NCBI GenBank assembly: GCA_000091205.1
Contig: AP006490.2
Reading direction: 5' to 3' (one strand)
DNA length: 64,000 bases
Source of the DNA: Cyanidioschyzon merolae
Taxonomy: Eukaryota
This document shows positions 12,384 to 22,315 of this stretch, in pieces. Each line of letters opens with the position of its first letter. Positions within the stretch are counted from its first letter, which is position 1. Position numbers and translations under genes: made by a program. The notes beneath the pieces are model-generated. The model was not told the origin of the DNA. It did no database searches and worked only from the letters and a program-made list of their open reading frames with translations.

Positions 12384-13211
12384 TTAATTATCTGCCATTC
12401 GGTATTCTTCAAGTTCCCGGTCGAGTTCCTCAGCACTCTTTGATGGAGCTTCCTGTCCACGAGGGCGCGTTGGTCGCCGCATTCGACGACGCCCACGTGC
12501 CTTCGTGGTGCGTTTCGCAGTTGAATCGTGTTTCTCGGACTCGAAACCCGGGGTCGCTGTCGACTCAGTCTCCATTTGCTGACCATCGCCAGCTGCCTGC
12601 ATTCGAAGTCTGCGTCGACGCCGTGCTCTGCGACGCTCCATCGTTTGGGTGCTCTCGAGCACACGAACAACGTCCCGCACACCGCCCTTGCCGGCGACAA
12701 TGCGCAGTCCGCCAACCGCCTCAGCAGTAGGTTTTGGCACCGGCGGAAGGCGCGCGCCCCGTTCCTTGAGCCGAAGCTTCCGTTTGGGTGTCATAGACGG
12801 TGGAACAGCCGACCTCTGCGTTTGAGGGTGCGCCCCGGACGTATTCAGCGCAGCCGCGGCACCCGAGCTTTCGATCTGCACCACAAGCGGCTGCCCGTCC
12901 AGCGTCAGCGAGTGAAACTGTTTCACCGCGCGCTCTGCTGTTTCCATATCCGCGTACTTGACAGTTGCGACGCCCTTGCTCTTACCCTCACGATCATGGC
13001 GAATGAACGCGGTAATAGTTGGACCAACCGAGTTAAAAAGGTCGGCAATATCTTGAGAAGTCACCGACGGGGCCAGGTTGCTCACGGAAACAACAACAGC
13101 TTTCGAGCCGGGTCGCTGACCGGCCTGAACAACCCTGCGACGCCTTTGGGCTTTTCGAATTCTCCCCTGGGCGACCGCCTTGGGAACTCGCGCTGTGTGA
13201 TCAACTTGCAT
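12384..13211 (-). CDS. ALY/REF (THO complex subunit 4)-type mRNA export adaptor with an RRM.
   Basis: Central RRM ('VVVSVSNLAPSVTSQDIADLF...SKGVATVKYADMETAERAVKQFHSLTLDGQPLVVQ'). R-rich flanks on both sides. C-terminal 'SAEELDRELEEYRMADN' matches the conserved UAP56-binding tail of ALY/REF. Confidence 0.75.
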   Translation of the reverse strand: MQVDHTARVPKAVAQGRIRKAQRRRRVVQAGQRPGSKAVVVSVSNLAPSVTSQDIADLFNSVGPTITAFIRHDREGKSKGVATVKYADMETAERAVKQFHSLTLDGQPLVVQIESSGAAAALNTSGAHPQTQRSAVPPSMTPKRKLRLKERGARLPPVPKPTAEAVGGLRIVAGKGGVRDVVRVLESTQTMERRRARRRRRLRMQAAGDGQQMETESTATPGFESEKHDSTAKRTTKARGRRRMRRPTRPRGQEAPSKSAEELDRELEEYRMADN

Positions 13212-13384
13212 ACGTTAAGCAGAACGGTAAGCGCGCTCTGTGGCGTGTGGAAACAGCAAGGAGATGAAAGCTGCTCTGTGTAGCGCAAGAAAGCGTCGTT
13301 CAACGGTAACGTTCGCGCTAAACTCAGCGGCAACACGCCGGCGTGCCGCGCACTCCGGAACGCTGGGATTCATTTTTTTTTGAA

Positions 13385-14380
13385 TGCGCGGGGCAGGGAG
13401 CATCCACGAAGCTGTATCCTGATGGATCCGTATGAGCGGGTGTTTGTGGAACTTGCTCGCCGTGGGGCGTATGGATGCTTTGGAACGTACCCCAGTGCAG
13501 CATATCTCTGTGTCTGTGTCACGTCCGTGACTAGGAGCATCCACGAAGCTGTATCCTGATGGATCCGTATAAGCGGGTGTTTGTGGAACTTGCTTGCCGT
13601 GGGGCGTATGGATGCTTTGGAACGTACCCCAGTGCGGCATATCTCTGTGTCTTTGTCACATCCGTGACTGGGAGCATCCACGAAGCTGTATCCTGATGGA
13701 TCCGTATGAGCGGGTGTTTGTGGAACTTGCTCGCCGTGGGGCGTATGGATGCTTTGGAACGTACCCCAGTGCGGCATATCTCTGTGTCTGTGTCACGTCC
13801 GTGACTGGGAGCATCCACGAAGCTGTATCCTGATGGATCCGTATAAGCGGGTGTTTGTGGAACTTGCTTGCCGTGGGGCGTATGGATGCTTTGGAACGTA
13901 CCCCAGTGCGGCATATCTCTGTGTCTGTGTCACGTCCGTGACTGGGAGCATCCACGAAGCTGTATCCTGATGGATCCATATGAGCGGGTGTTTGTGGAAC
14001 TTGCTCGCCGTGGGGCGTATGGATGCTTTGGAACGTACCCCAGTGCGGCATATCTCTGTGTCTTTGTCACATCCGTGACTGGGAGCATCCACGAAGCTGT
14101 ATCCTGATGGATCCGTATAAGCGGGTGTTTGTGGAACTTGCTCGCCGTGGGGCGTATGGATGCTTTGGAACGTACCCCAGTGCAGCATATCTCTGTGTCT
14201 TTGTCACATCCGTGACTGGGAGCATCCACGAAGCTGTATCCTGATGGATCCGTATGAGCGGGTGTTTGTGGAACTTGCTCGCCGTGGGGCGTATGGATGC
14301 TTTGGAACGTACCCCAGTGCGGCATATCTCTGTGTCTTTGTCACATCCGTGACTGGGAGCATCCACGAAGCTGCGTCATG
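13385..14380. repeat. Tandem satellite of about 7.2 units with a 137-bp period (one 138-bp unit).
   Basis: The 'atccacgaagctg' unit start recurs at 13401, 13539, 13676, 13813, 13950, 14087, 14224 and 14361. Units are 93-97% identical with mosaic variant sites (gagcgg/aagcgg, gtctgtgtcacgtcc/gtctttgtcacatcc). Confidence 0.95.
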
Positions 14381-14956
14381 TTCGCGTGTGTATCGAGCGT
14401 ATCGCTGAGTGTGAGGTCGTTGTACACAAACGGAATCCGCAAGTAGCCTTCACATCAGCGGGTTCTCATCTCGAAGTCATCAACACTAGAATCCGCTTCC
14501 GGTCATAAACATCCACGACGTGCATGCACTGCATCAAGTTTCTGTATTTAGATCATGTTAAAGGTAGAGTCATCTGAAGAAAGTTACCTTCCGGGGAAAC
14601 CAAGTACATAGCGTATGATTCGGCAGCATGGAAGCGGTGACGCACGCTCGTCTCTTCATGAAGATGATGACGATCATTATCACCGTCGCTGTAGTGCTGG
14701 CGGTGCTCAGAGCATAGACACTGCAACATCAAGAATGTAGGCGGTAGACGCGGACTCCAGGAAAGCGCGTTTCGTTTGCTTCGACTTGGCTTCATCTTGA
14801 TGCACGCGCACCAGTATGAGGCGTTTTCCACGTCTGGATTCGCGAAAGCATCGTGCGTATCAAAACTGACGATATTCAAGCTGTTAAAACGCAATGGCTC
14901 TACAACACGAATTCCACGGATGTGCGAATGCTCTAACTTAGCAGCAATACGACCTG

Positions 14957-16096
14957 TTGGCAACGGTGCGTCCAGCCAAGCGGCCGCGGCTGCCGAGCGA
15001 CTCGACGGCGCCGCTGCGAAACGCAAGGCTACGCATCGACTTGTCGAGTCTACTAAGAGGTATGCATATGCAGGGGGCCTTTGTTGCTGCCGGGAAACCG
15101 CCTTTCAGGATTCACTTAGTGCACGAGAAGCAGCCAAAATTTTTGCACGGTGCTGGTGTGAGGTATAGCGCTCGATCAACTCGTTGGTATCGTTGGAGTC
15201 TACGGTGCACGAGTTCTGAATCGAGGACGACGAATACTGCTGCACCTACCGAGAAACTGGGGTTCATTGGCGGCACTGGGAACATGGGGTCGTCCATCAT
15301 CAAAGGACTCATTGAAGTGCAAGCACTTAGCCCACAGCACATCCTGTGTAGCGGTAGGGATGCTCAGAAGCTGGAACGCTTCTCAATTGAGACCGGTTGC
15401 ACCGCGATGACCGACCTTGCAACGCTCTGTGCCCAGTCGACGGCACTTTTTCTCTGTGTAAAGCCTGCTCAGTGTCAGGCAGTTCTGGAACGTATGGTAG
15501 CCGAAGCCGGCGAGAGTCTGAACGGTAAGCGTCTGATTTCGGTAGCAGCTGGGGTCCCGGTTTCGGCTCTGGAGCGACCACTGCGCGTTGAAGCCGTGGA
15601 ACAGTGCCGGTGCCGGGTACTCCGCTGCATGCCAAACGTGTTGGTTCGGCACGGCCTAGGTGCTATGGCCGTATCACGGGGAACGACTGCAACGGACGAG
15701 GATGTTTCATGGGCGCTGCAGTTGCTCGGGCGCCTGGGCCTGGTTGCCGAGCTCGAGGAGTCTCTCATGGACGCCACGGTGGCTGCCGCTGGAAGCTCAC
15801 CTGCATTTGCGTTTATCTTCATGGAAGCGCTGACGGATGCGGCGGTGAGAGAAGGTCTACCACGCCACATCGCACGCAGTTTTGTGGCGCAGACGCTTTG
15901 TGGTGCCGCCCAGATGGCTCTTCGGGATTCAGATGCTCACTTTGGAGAACTGCGTAACCGTGTCGAGTCACCGGGTGGCACCACAATCGCTGGCTCATGT
16001 GCATTGGAGGAGAACGGATTCCGCAAGGCCGTGATTGCCGCAGCAGCCGCTGCAGCTGCCAAGTCTCGCGCGTTCGCGGACCGCTTCTCCGCGTGA
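14957..16096 (+). CDS. proC: Pyrroline-5-carboxylate reductase with an N-terminal extension of about 90 aa.
   Basis: 'LGFIGGTGNMGSSIIKGL' (NADP-binding), 'RCMPN' and 'SPGGTTIAG' (P5CR signature). Colinear over about 280 aa. Confidence 0.85.
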   Translation: MATVRPAKRPRLPSDSTAPLRNARLRIDLSSLLRGMHMQGAFVAAGKPPFRIHLVHEKQPKFLHGAGVRYSARSTRWYRWSLRCTSSESRTTNTAAPTEKLGFIGGTGNMGSSIIKGLIEVQALSPQHILCSGRDAQKLERFSIETGCTAMTDLATLCAQSTALFLCVKPAQCQAVLERMVAEAGESLNGKRLISVAAGVPVSALERPLRVEAVEQCRCRVLRCMPNVLVRHGLGAMAVSRGTTATDEDVSWALQLLGRLGLVAELEESLMDATVAAAGSSPAFAFIFMEALTDAAVREGLPRHIARSFVAQTLCGAAQMALRDSDAHFGELRNRVESPGGTTIAGSCALEENGFRKAVIAAAAAAAAKSRAFADRFSA

Positions 16097-17283
16097 TCCA
16101 CAGGGCGCCGTGTACGTATCGTGGACGAAAACCTTGCACACGCGCACTAGAGCCCCCTTCAGAGCGCGAGCCGCGTGCAAAGTCGCCGGCGTGGCGATGC
16201 CCTAGCACTGAAGTCCGATACACAACGAGGGACGGGCGCTCACCAGACAAACAGATAGCCAATGGTACATGCTTCGACACTGGACTTGAAGCACTGGACG
16301 CGATGCGTCTGCTTCTTTCATGCGTTTGCGAGACACGCACATCCGCACCTGTCTGTGAGCACAGAGACATCTTGCATGCAACAGCTGGAAGCTGCCGTCA
16401 CCGGGGCTCATGAATGGCTCTGCTCCACTGCCTTGATGTGAAGGTGCGACGACGAGTGAAGCACGCTTGTGGAATGGACGTGCGGTTGTTCTGCTCCCAT
16501 GAGCGTCTCAAGGAATCAGCGGTAGCCGAGTCGCCTGAATGGCCACCGTTTGCGCACTTCGGGGCTGTTCGCCACGAATGTCTGCAGTCGATGATCGCAA
16601 CGGTGCGCTTACGAATACGTATGCGTATCCCGAAACCACATGCCCTTTGCTCCAAGCTTCGAGAAACATGCAGGTATCGAACACATGATTTCCTCGGTCA
16701 TTCCGGGGCAATGCGAGGGCGATGTATGTATCAATGCCCCAAATCGATGCTTTCATCGACGGAGACGGTGGCACGAACGACCAAAAAATCCTAAACAAAG
16801 ACGCCACGGATCGCTCGATGACCTCGATGACGACTGGCAAGGCGAGACGCCTCAATGTTGTGCAGGCAACATGCCTGGGCTTCATCAGACGATGCGTCAC
16901 CCAGGCTGCGTCCGTGTTCAGCAACATGGCGTCCATACCGAGTTCTTTTCCAGGTGAACAGGATCCGGCACTTTCAATCCGTCCGTTCAAGTTATGCACA
17001 TGTGTACGCGGGATCTCTGAATTGCAAACAGGTCGCGGTAAGCGCTGCACCAGTACTTGCAGTGTGACGTCGAGCATCGTTTACGCATTTCCCCGTGCAT
17101 GCTTGCTGATTCATCTCCTCTGACGAACCAATGAATGAATGAATGCTTCTTTTTGAATCGATCATCATCGTCGTCGTCATCGATTGCAGCGAGCGAATGA
17201 CCAGCGAGGTCGTTCAGGGTAGCACTGAACGAGCAGCTGCGAATCCAGCAGCATTGGCGCACTTTCGTCATCAACGACACCTG

Positions 17284-18357
17284 TTATGATCGCGGCACTT
17301 TGGTAACTGTCGAAGGATGCATACCAGAGGCAAGCGCCTCCGACGATGCCGTACCCGTGACCGGCGCATTCTCCTCATAAATAGAGAGCGCTATGTTGTC
17401 AATCAAACGCGCTGAGCCGACGATAACGGCTGTTGATAGAATGGCTACCAGAAGCGTTTGCGGTAACAAAGTATCTGCCTGCAGATCCGGTGGCTGTGGC
17501 TCCAACGGATAGCCTCCACCGAGATCCCGCCATTCCTCTGCATCGGAGAGGCCAATGTACTGGACACAAACCGCTGACTCTGCCTTCAGCACATCTAAAG
17601 CGGCCGTAGCTGCCTCCCAAAGAGCTCCATAGGTTAGCGGTTGCCGCTGCTGCAAACGCCGCTTTCGATACTCCGTCCACAGGGCCTGACCCGCGCTCAG
17701 TGCTCGATACACGACCGCTGCTGTGGCCTGTTCCGCATCCGTTAGGTACTTGTTTCGACTGCTCATAGCGAGCCCGCTGGGTTCTCGGCAAGTCGGTCCG
17801 ATCCTAATGGAAACCGTCATATTCAAATCCTGCACCATTTGTCGCACGACACAGCACTGCTGGGCGTCCTTGGCCCCGAACCATGCGTCGTCCGGTTGCA
17901 CGATATGTAGCAGTTTACAAACAACGGTGGCAACGCCCAGAAAGAACGTCGGTCGAAAAGCGGCCTCACTACGCGGATGTTGACTAGGCCGCCCCGCAGG
18001 GACGTCGATCACTGTTTGTTCTGCAGACCCCCGGGGGTAGAGTTCCGCACTGTGCAGCGGAGCGAAGACTGCGTCCACCCCTAGCTTTTCGCAACGGGCA
18101 AGGTCCGCCTGCTCTGTGCGCGGGTACCGGTCCAGATCTTCACCAGCGGCAAACTGTAGAGGATTCACGAAAATCGTGACAAACGTAAAAGTACCCGATG
18201 ATTTGGCAGCGTTGATCAGGGACTCGTGTCCCTCGTGGAGCGCACCCATGGTCATCACAACTGCAACGCGTGGTGCACTGTTGCGGTTTCGTTGGAGGTC
18301 ATTTCGAAGCGCTCGCACCTCATGAACAGTGCGTAACACACGCATGATGGGAAACAC
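17284..18357 (-). CDS. panC: Pantoate--beta-alanine ligase (pantothenate synthetase) with a C-terminal extension of about 100 aa.
   Basis: Motifs 'TMGALHEGH', 'FGAKDAQQ' and 'REPSGLAMSSRN'. The N-terminal 270 aa are colinear with PanC. Confidence 0.9.
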   Translation of the reverse strand: MFPIMRVLRTVHEVRALRNDLQRNRNSAPRVAVVMTMGALHEGHESLINAAKSSGTFTFVTIFVNPLQFAAGEDLDRYPRTEQADLARCEKLGVDAVFAPLHSAELYPRGSAEQTVIDVPAGRPSQHPRSEAAFRPTFFLGVATVVCKLLHIVQPDDAWFGAKDAQQCCVVRQMVQDLNMTVSIRIGPTCREPSGLAMSSRNKYLTDAEQATAAVVYRALSAGQALWTEYRKRRLQQRQPLTYGALWEAATAALDVLKAESAVCVQYIGLSDAEEWRDLGGGYPLEPQPPDLQADTLLPQTLLVAILSTAVIVGSARLIDNIALSIYEENAPVTGTASSEALASGMHPSTVTKVPRS

Positions 18358-18710
18358 GCTCGCTCCTAATGCGTTCCGTTCTGGAAGTGGAACTCTGCGA
18401 CACGCTGGAGCCTGAACGCTACCAGGCTGTACGCTCGAGCGTCAGCAGCTGCACGTGCAGCGCCAAGAACGTCGCGTTACCCGGCAACCTAGACCAGGTC
18501 ACTGTCGTTTCCAATGGAGCACGCCAAGCTCAATTGTCACTTTCTTGACTCTTGAACACACATGCATACACTCGAACAGTGCAAGCGTCAAAAGTTCAGC
18601 GTCTCGAACGCAGCCGCATCGAGAAACGGGACCATTGCCCGCCACAAGGCCGCCATTCGCCGAATACACAACTTGTCATTCTGGTGAAGCGTCACCTCCT
18701 CTGAAACCAT

Positions 18711-19250
18711 ATGTTTGAACCACCGGCATACATTCCTGTGACTGCTGCTCGATCTGACTTATTTCGCAGCCCGCTTGTCAAGTCCGGTGCTTCTGCTTGT
18801 GGCACAGGACGGTTATACGTTGCCAGAGCGACCAGTAGCCTGAGGAGTTCAGGGCACCGGGCGCGCGTTCGACCACTGCATTGTTCCTCGGGACTGAGGA
18901 TGCTTCTGCGGGGGTTTCCCAACCCCGGAGCTTTCAACTCCGACGGAAAACGGCGAATTATTGAAGAACTTGTGCAGTTTCCCACAGAATTTGAGTTCAA
19001 AGTTGTTGGCCTGCGGCAGGGCGACTTTACCGATGACGTCGTGGGACTCGTTGCCGGTGCGCTGCAGCGCGCAGAAAACCTCGACGTTCGCAACACCACC
19101 AGCCGAGACGACCGCGTACGAATCACCAAGGTGAGAGATCGAGGCAAGTACCGCTCACTAACGATTGTTGCGTTCTGTGAGACCGGTGCTCAGGTATACA
19201 GCGTGTACGAGGCTTTAGAGCGCGACCCGCGAGTCCTGTTCAAATTCTGA
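18711..19250 (+). CDS. DUF493/YbeD (UPF0250)-family protein with an N-terminal presequence.
   Basis: C-terminal 90 aa: 'FPTEFEFKVVG...GKYRSLTIVAF...QVYSVYEAL..DPRV' fits the YbeD family pattern. Confidence 0.5.
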   Translation: MFEPPAYIPVTAARSDLFRSPLVKSGASACGTGRLYVARATSSLRSSGHRARVRPLHCSSGLRMLLRGFPNPGAFNSDGKRRIIEELVQFPTEFEFKVVGLRQGDFTDDVVGLVAGALQRAENLDVRNTTSRDDRVRITKVRDRGKYRSLTIVAFCETGAQVYSVYEALERDPRVLFKF

Positions 19251-20112
19251 GCCATGTCCCTGGATGTGTGTACGTATGCTTGTTTGTGGCGCGCTTCCCG
19301 TGCTGCAACTCAGAAAGTTGCCAGAAGGCTTCGTGCAACCGAGTAACTTGCCAGATATGGTTGCGGCGAGCACAAGTGCGCTTATCTCGGAACGCTTATG
19401 GATGCATAGCTCTGTCACCAGCGCTCGTATTGCCGACCATGCGAAACCTCCAACCCAATGATATGCACGCGCTAGGACCGCAAAGAAAGACAGTCGATTG
19501 CGAGCATCAAAACAGATTCGATGGATGTTTTGCGGGAAGTATGTGCCATGGAAGAAGAGCGTTGCGTGCTTTTTCCCTGAGAATACGAATGACGGATGGC
19601 GGAGCAGCGCTATCGTTTCGTCGACGGCAGTTCCGTGGCTGTGGTGATGACGAAACGCTCCCGCATGCCGCCGGCAATATCGGCCGCTTTCAAGAGCGCT
19701 TCGAAAGATGCAAGCTGTTCAAGAGAGAGGCCATAGCAGCACGAAAGACATGCACTCCCTGGAAACCGGGCAGCAGGGCATTCGGGTTGATGATGTGCAA
19801 TGAACATGTGCCCTAGGAACGGCAGCATCGCACTGGTACTTGCAAACAACGCAGTAAAGCATTTGCGGGATCGTCATCAACCTTTGGTTCGGCGAGTTTG
19901 CCACCCAGCAAGCAGGGAGCATCCCCGCATCAAATCGTTCGCGTGAAAGTCGTGGCATCGATCGACATGATATGTGTGTGTGTGTGAGCGTCATTGCAAC
20001 ACCGTGCCGCTTCTAGATCTGAAACGAGGCCTGGTGCTGGCAAATGCCGTTCTCGGAGTGGAAGCGTCGGCACCGCTTCGAATAGGCCTCATGACGACAC
20101 GTACCAGAGCAC

Positions 20113-20943
20113 TCAGTAGGTTATGTCTCGGATCAAAACCGGTAAACGATGCACACGAGAGAAAACTCGGACAAAGTCGCTCAAGGACACATTCAGCTTG
20201 AGGTCTGTTGCACCTCCACCGAGCCAAAAGCAATCATCTCGACAGCACTTGAGCCATTTCTCGAGTACTGAGGCTACGAGTATCGGCATCGGTGTGCGCA
20301 TGCCCAGTGGCGTCACCGCATTATAGCCATAACCGGTGATTCGCTGGCATTGCTCTGCTGGTGCTACTTGATAGTGCACCTGGCTTCGAGGTGCAGGGCA
20401 AAGCTGGCAGAGCTCTGAGGAGCAGCGAACTGCCTGCGTTACTTTTTCAGTGTGCAGTCGAGCCGGGTACGGCAGAATGACGCAAACATATCGGGGAGCC
20501 GCTCCCGGGCCACTTGCCTCGTCATCAACGTTCGCCCGAGTATTTTCCAAGATCAATGACTTGCACAGGTGGTAGACAGTGGGTGCGGGCTCCAAGAACT
20601 GGCGCCGCTGTTCCAGCGTCCACGTGTAGTACGCTGCAGGGCAACGTCGGAAGAGGCAGCGTTCTAGTCCATATGCAGCAGCCAGTAATACGAGGCGCTG
20701 GGCAGCAACGCTTCCTTTACCAAGGACAGTTTCTACTCTGTTCAAAACCAGGGACGCTGTTTTGGCGTCTCGACCAGCGAGTGTATCTATTTTGGCTTGC
20801 AGCCGGAGCAGGGTGTCCCGCAAGTGCCCGAGACGCAGCTCCGCGCTCTCGTCAGAGACGCGGTTGGGTTCCTGCTGACCCAATGTTCCTAGATTCGCTC
20901 CAGCCTCAGCTTCAAGGGAATTATCTGCTTCCACTGAAGACAT
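20113..20943 (-). CDS. YbaK/ProX-like aminoacyl-tRNA editing (deacylase) domain protein.
   Basis: 'YHLCKSLILEN', 'YVCVIL' and 'GYGYNAVTPLG' resemble YbaK-domain motifs. Weak; family assignment only. Confidence 0.4.
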   Translation of the reverse strand: MSSVEADNSLEAEAGANLGTLGQQEPNRVSDESAELRLGHLRDTLLRLQAKIDTLAGRDAKTASLVLNRVETVLGKGSVAAQRLVLLAAAYGLERCLFRRCPAAYYTWTLEQRRQFLEPAPTVYHLCKSLILENTRANVDDEASGPGAAPRYVCVILPYPARLHTEKVTQAVRCSSELCQLCPAPRSQVHYQVAPAEQCQRITGYGYNAVTPLGMRTPMPILVASVLEKWLKCCRDDCFWLGGGATDLKLNVSLSDFVRVFSRVHRLPVLIRDITY

Positions 20944-22315
20944 TTTCGGGCAACGTGCAAGTTTGGACCCAAACCTGGTGCGAGCTGAGCACCGTGCGGT
21001 GTGCCAGCCCAGACGGTTAGGGTAGCGTTGCCCCCATTTCCCAGTCGTGGCCCCATGGACAATGGACCAAGATCAATGAATCTCACCAGTCTACGATAAG
21101 TACGCAAATATTGTTCGTTGATGGAGGACTTCAACCTTGCCTCTACCGAAGATGCGATGAAACAAGTCCAGTTAGGGCGTTGGTCAAGGAATATATCGAC
21201 CAGAACCAATACATGTCAACAGGCTGCGATCCATACGCGAAAACTCCACGTTCGTGGGGTCGGTCGACCTTGTCTCTTCCGTGGACACCTGGATGTCACG
21301 ATACTTTCATAGCATGGTTTCCAGAGAGGCTCGCTCGGATCTCGGCAGACTCTCTTCGACCATCCGGTTACTGTGGACGTGTATGACACAAAAATACCGC
21401 TTCGAGTTTATGAGGACGCTGCCCGAGCACCTATCGATAGGAAACATGCAACCCTGACGCTTCCGCTGAAGCGAGCACGAAGCGCGGGACCCGTTAGACG
21501 ACAGGTCCGAGTCAATAGCTCGCTGGCTGCTATGCCTGCAAAGCGCTCTCGCCACACCAGAGCAGCCCATGGTCAACGATATCCGGGCGCGGACTTCGTG
21601 CCTGTACACGGGTCGTCATGAAGAACGGGTACGCTTTCGCTGTACCAGGGGAATATGCGACTCGAGAACGTCTCTACGTACAATGGCTCTGTTCGATGTG
21701 ACAGCCGCGGGCAGACTGCCGCTCAACCGGCATTCGGTCTCGACGTTTCAATACTTCGAAAGTGACCAGCAGGAGCCAAGTTCTACGCTCTGTGTCGGTA
21801 TCCGAGATGCGTCTGTCAGGGTCTGTCGGTATACGTCCACGTCCGCGGCGCATACACAACATCGAGTCTGTCCGGCACTGCCGCAGCGTACGCACTAGTC
21901 GACTGGAGCGCGCGCTCTACAACACGTTTCAGCGGGGCTTCCTCAGGTTCTTTACAAAACATACGATCCTGTCCGGGGGACGTTCCCCATACGATAACAG
22001 ACCATGAAAACACTCGTTTTCGGTCCAGTGCCTCCATTGTGACGGCAAATGGCACTCATCCCCGACGTCCCTGATAAGGCCCTCTCCTGTACCTGCATGG
22101 AACAGCAGGTGTCGTTCCATGTTGCAGCGAGGTGCATCTGCAAAAGCGCCCAGTTCGAACACCTTCATCGATGCTCGCGAGGACGCTTGCAAATCTTTTC
22201 ATCGCTTCGTCAGCGCTGTGGATGCAGAGCTCTGAACTCAGACAAGCGCGTCATACCGCGGTGATCGACGGAAAGTGCCTGCCAGCGCGACCGGGTCTGC
22301 GCTCCAGGCTCGACT

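Noticed and set aside
13215-14366. Staircase of eight near-identical minus-strand ORFs of about 130 aa ('MPHWGTFQSIHTPHG...') plus plus-strand 73-82 aa ORFs ('MLWNVPQCGISLCLCH...')
   Set aside because: They are generated by the 137-bp tandem repeat. The same sequence is read in rotating frames because 137 is not a multiple of 3. No start or stop structure is independent of the repeat, so I do not call them genes.
13385-14380. CRISPR-like regular array
   Set aside because: The units are contiguous with no unique spacers. The unit is 137 bp, far longer than a CRISPR repeat. The context is eukaryotic nuclear and there are no cas genes.
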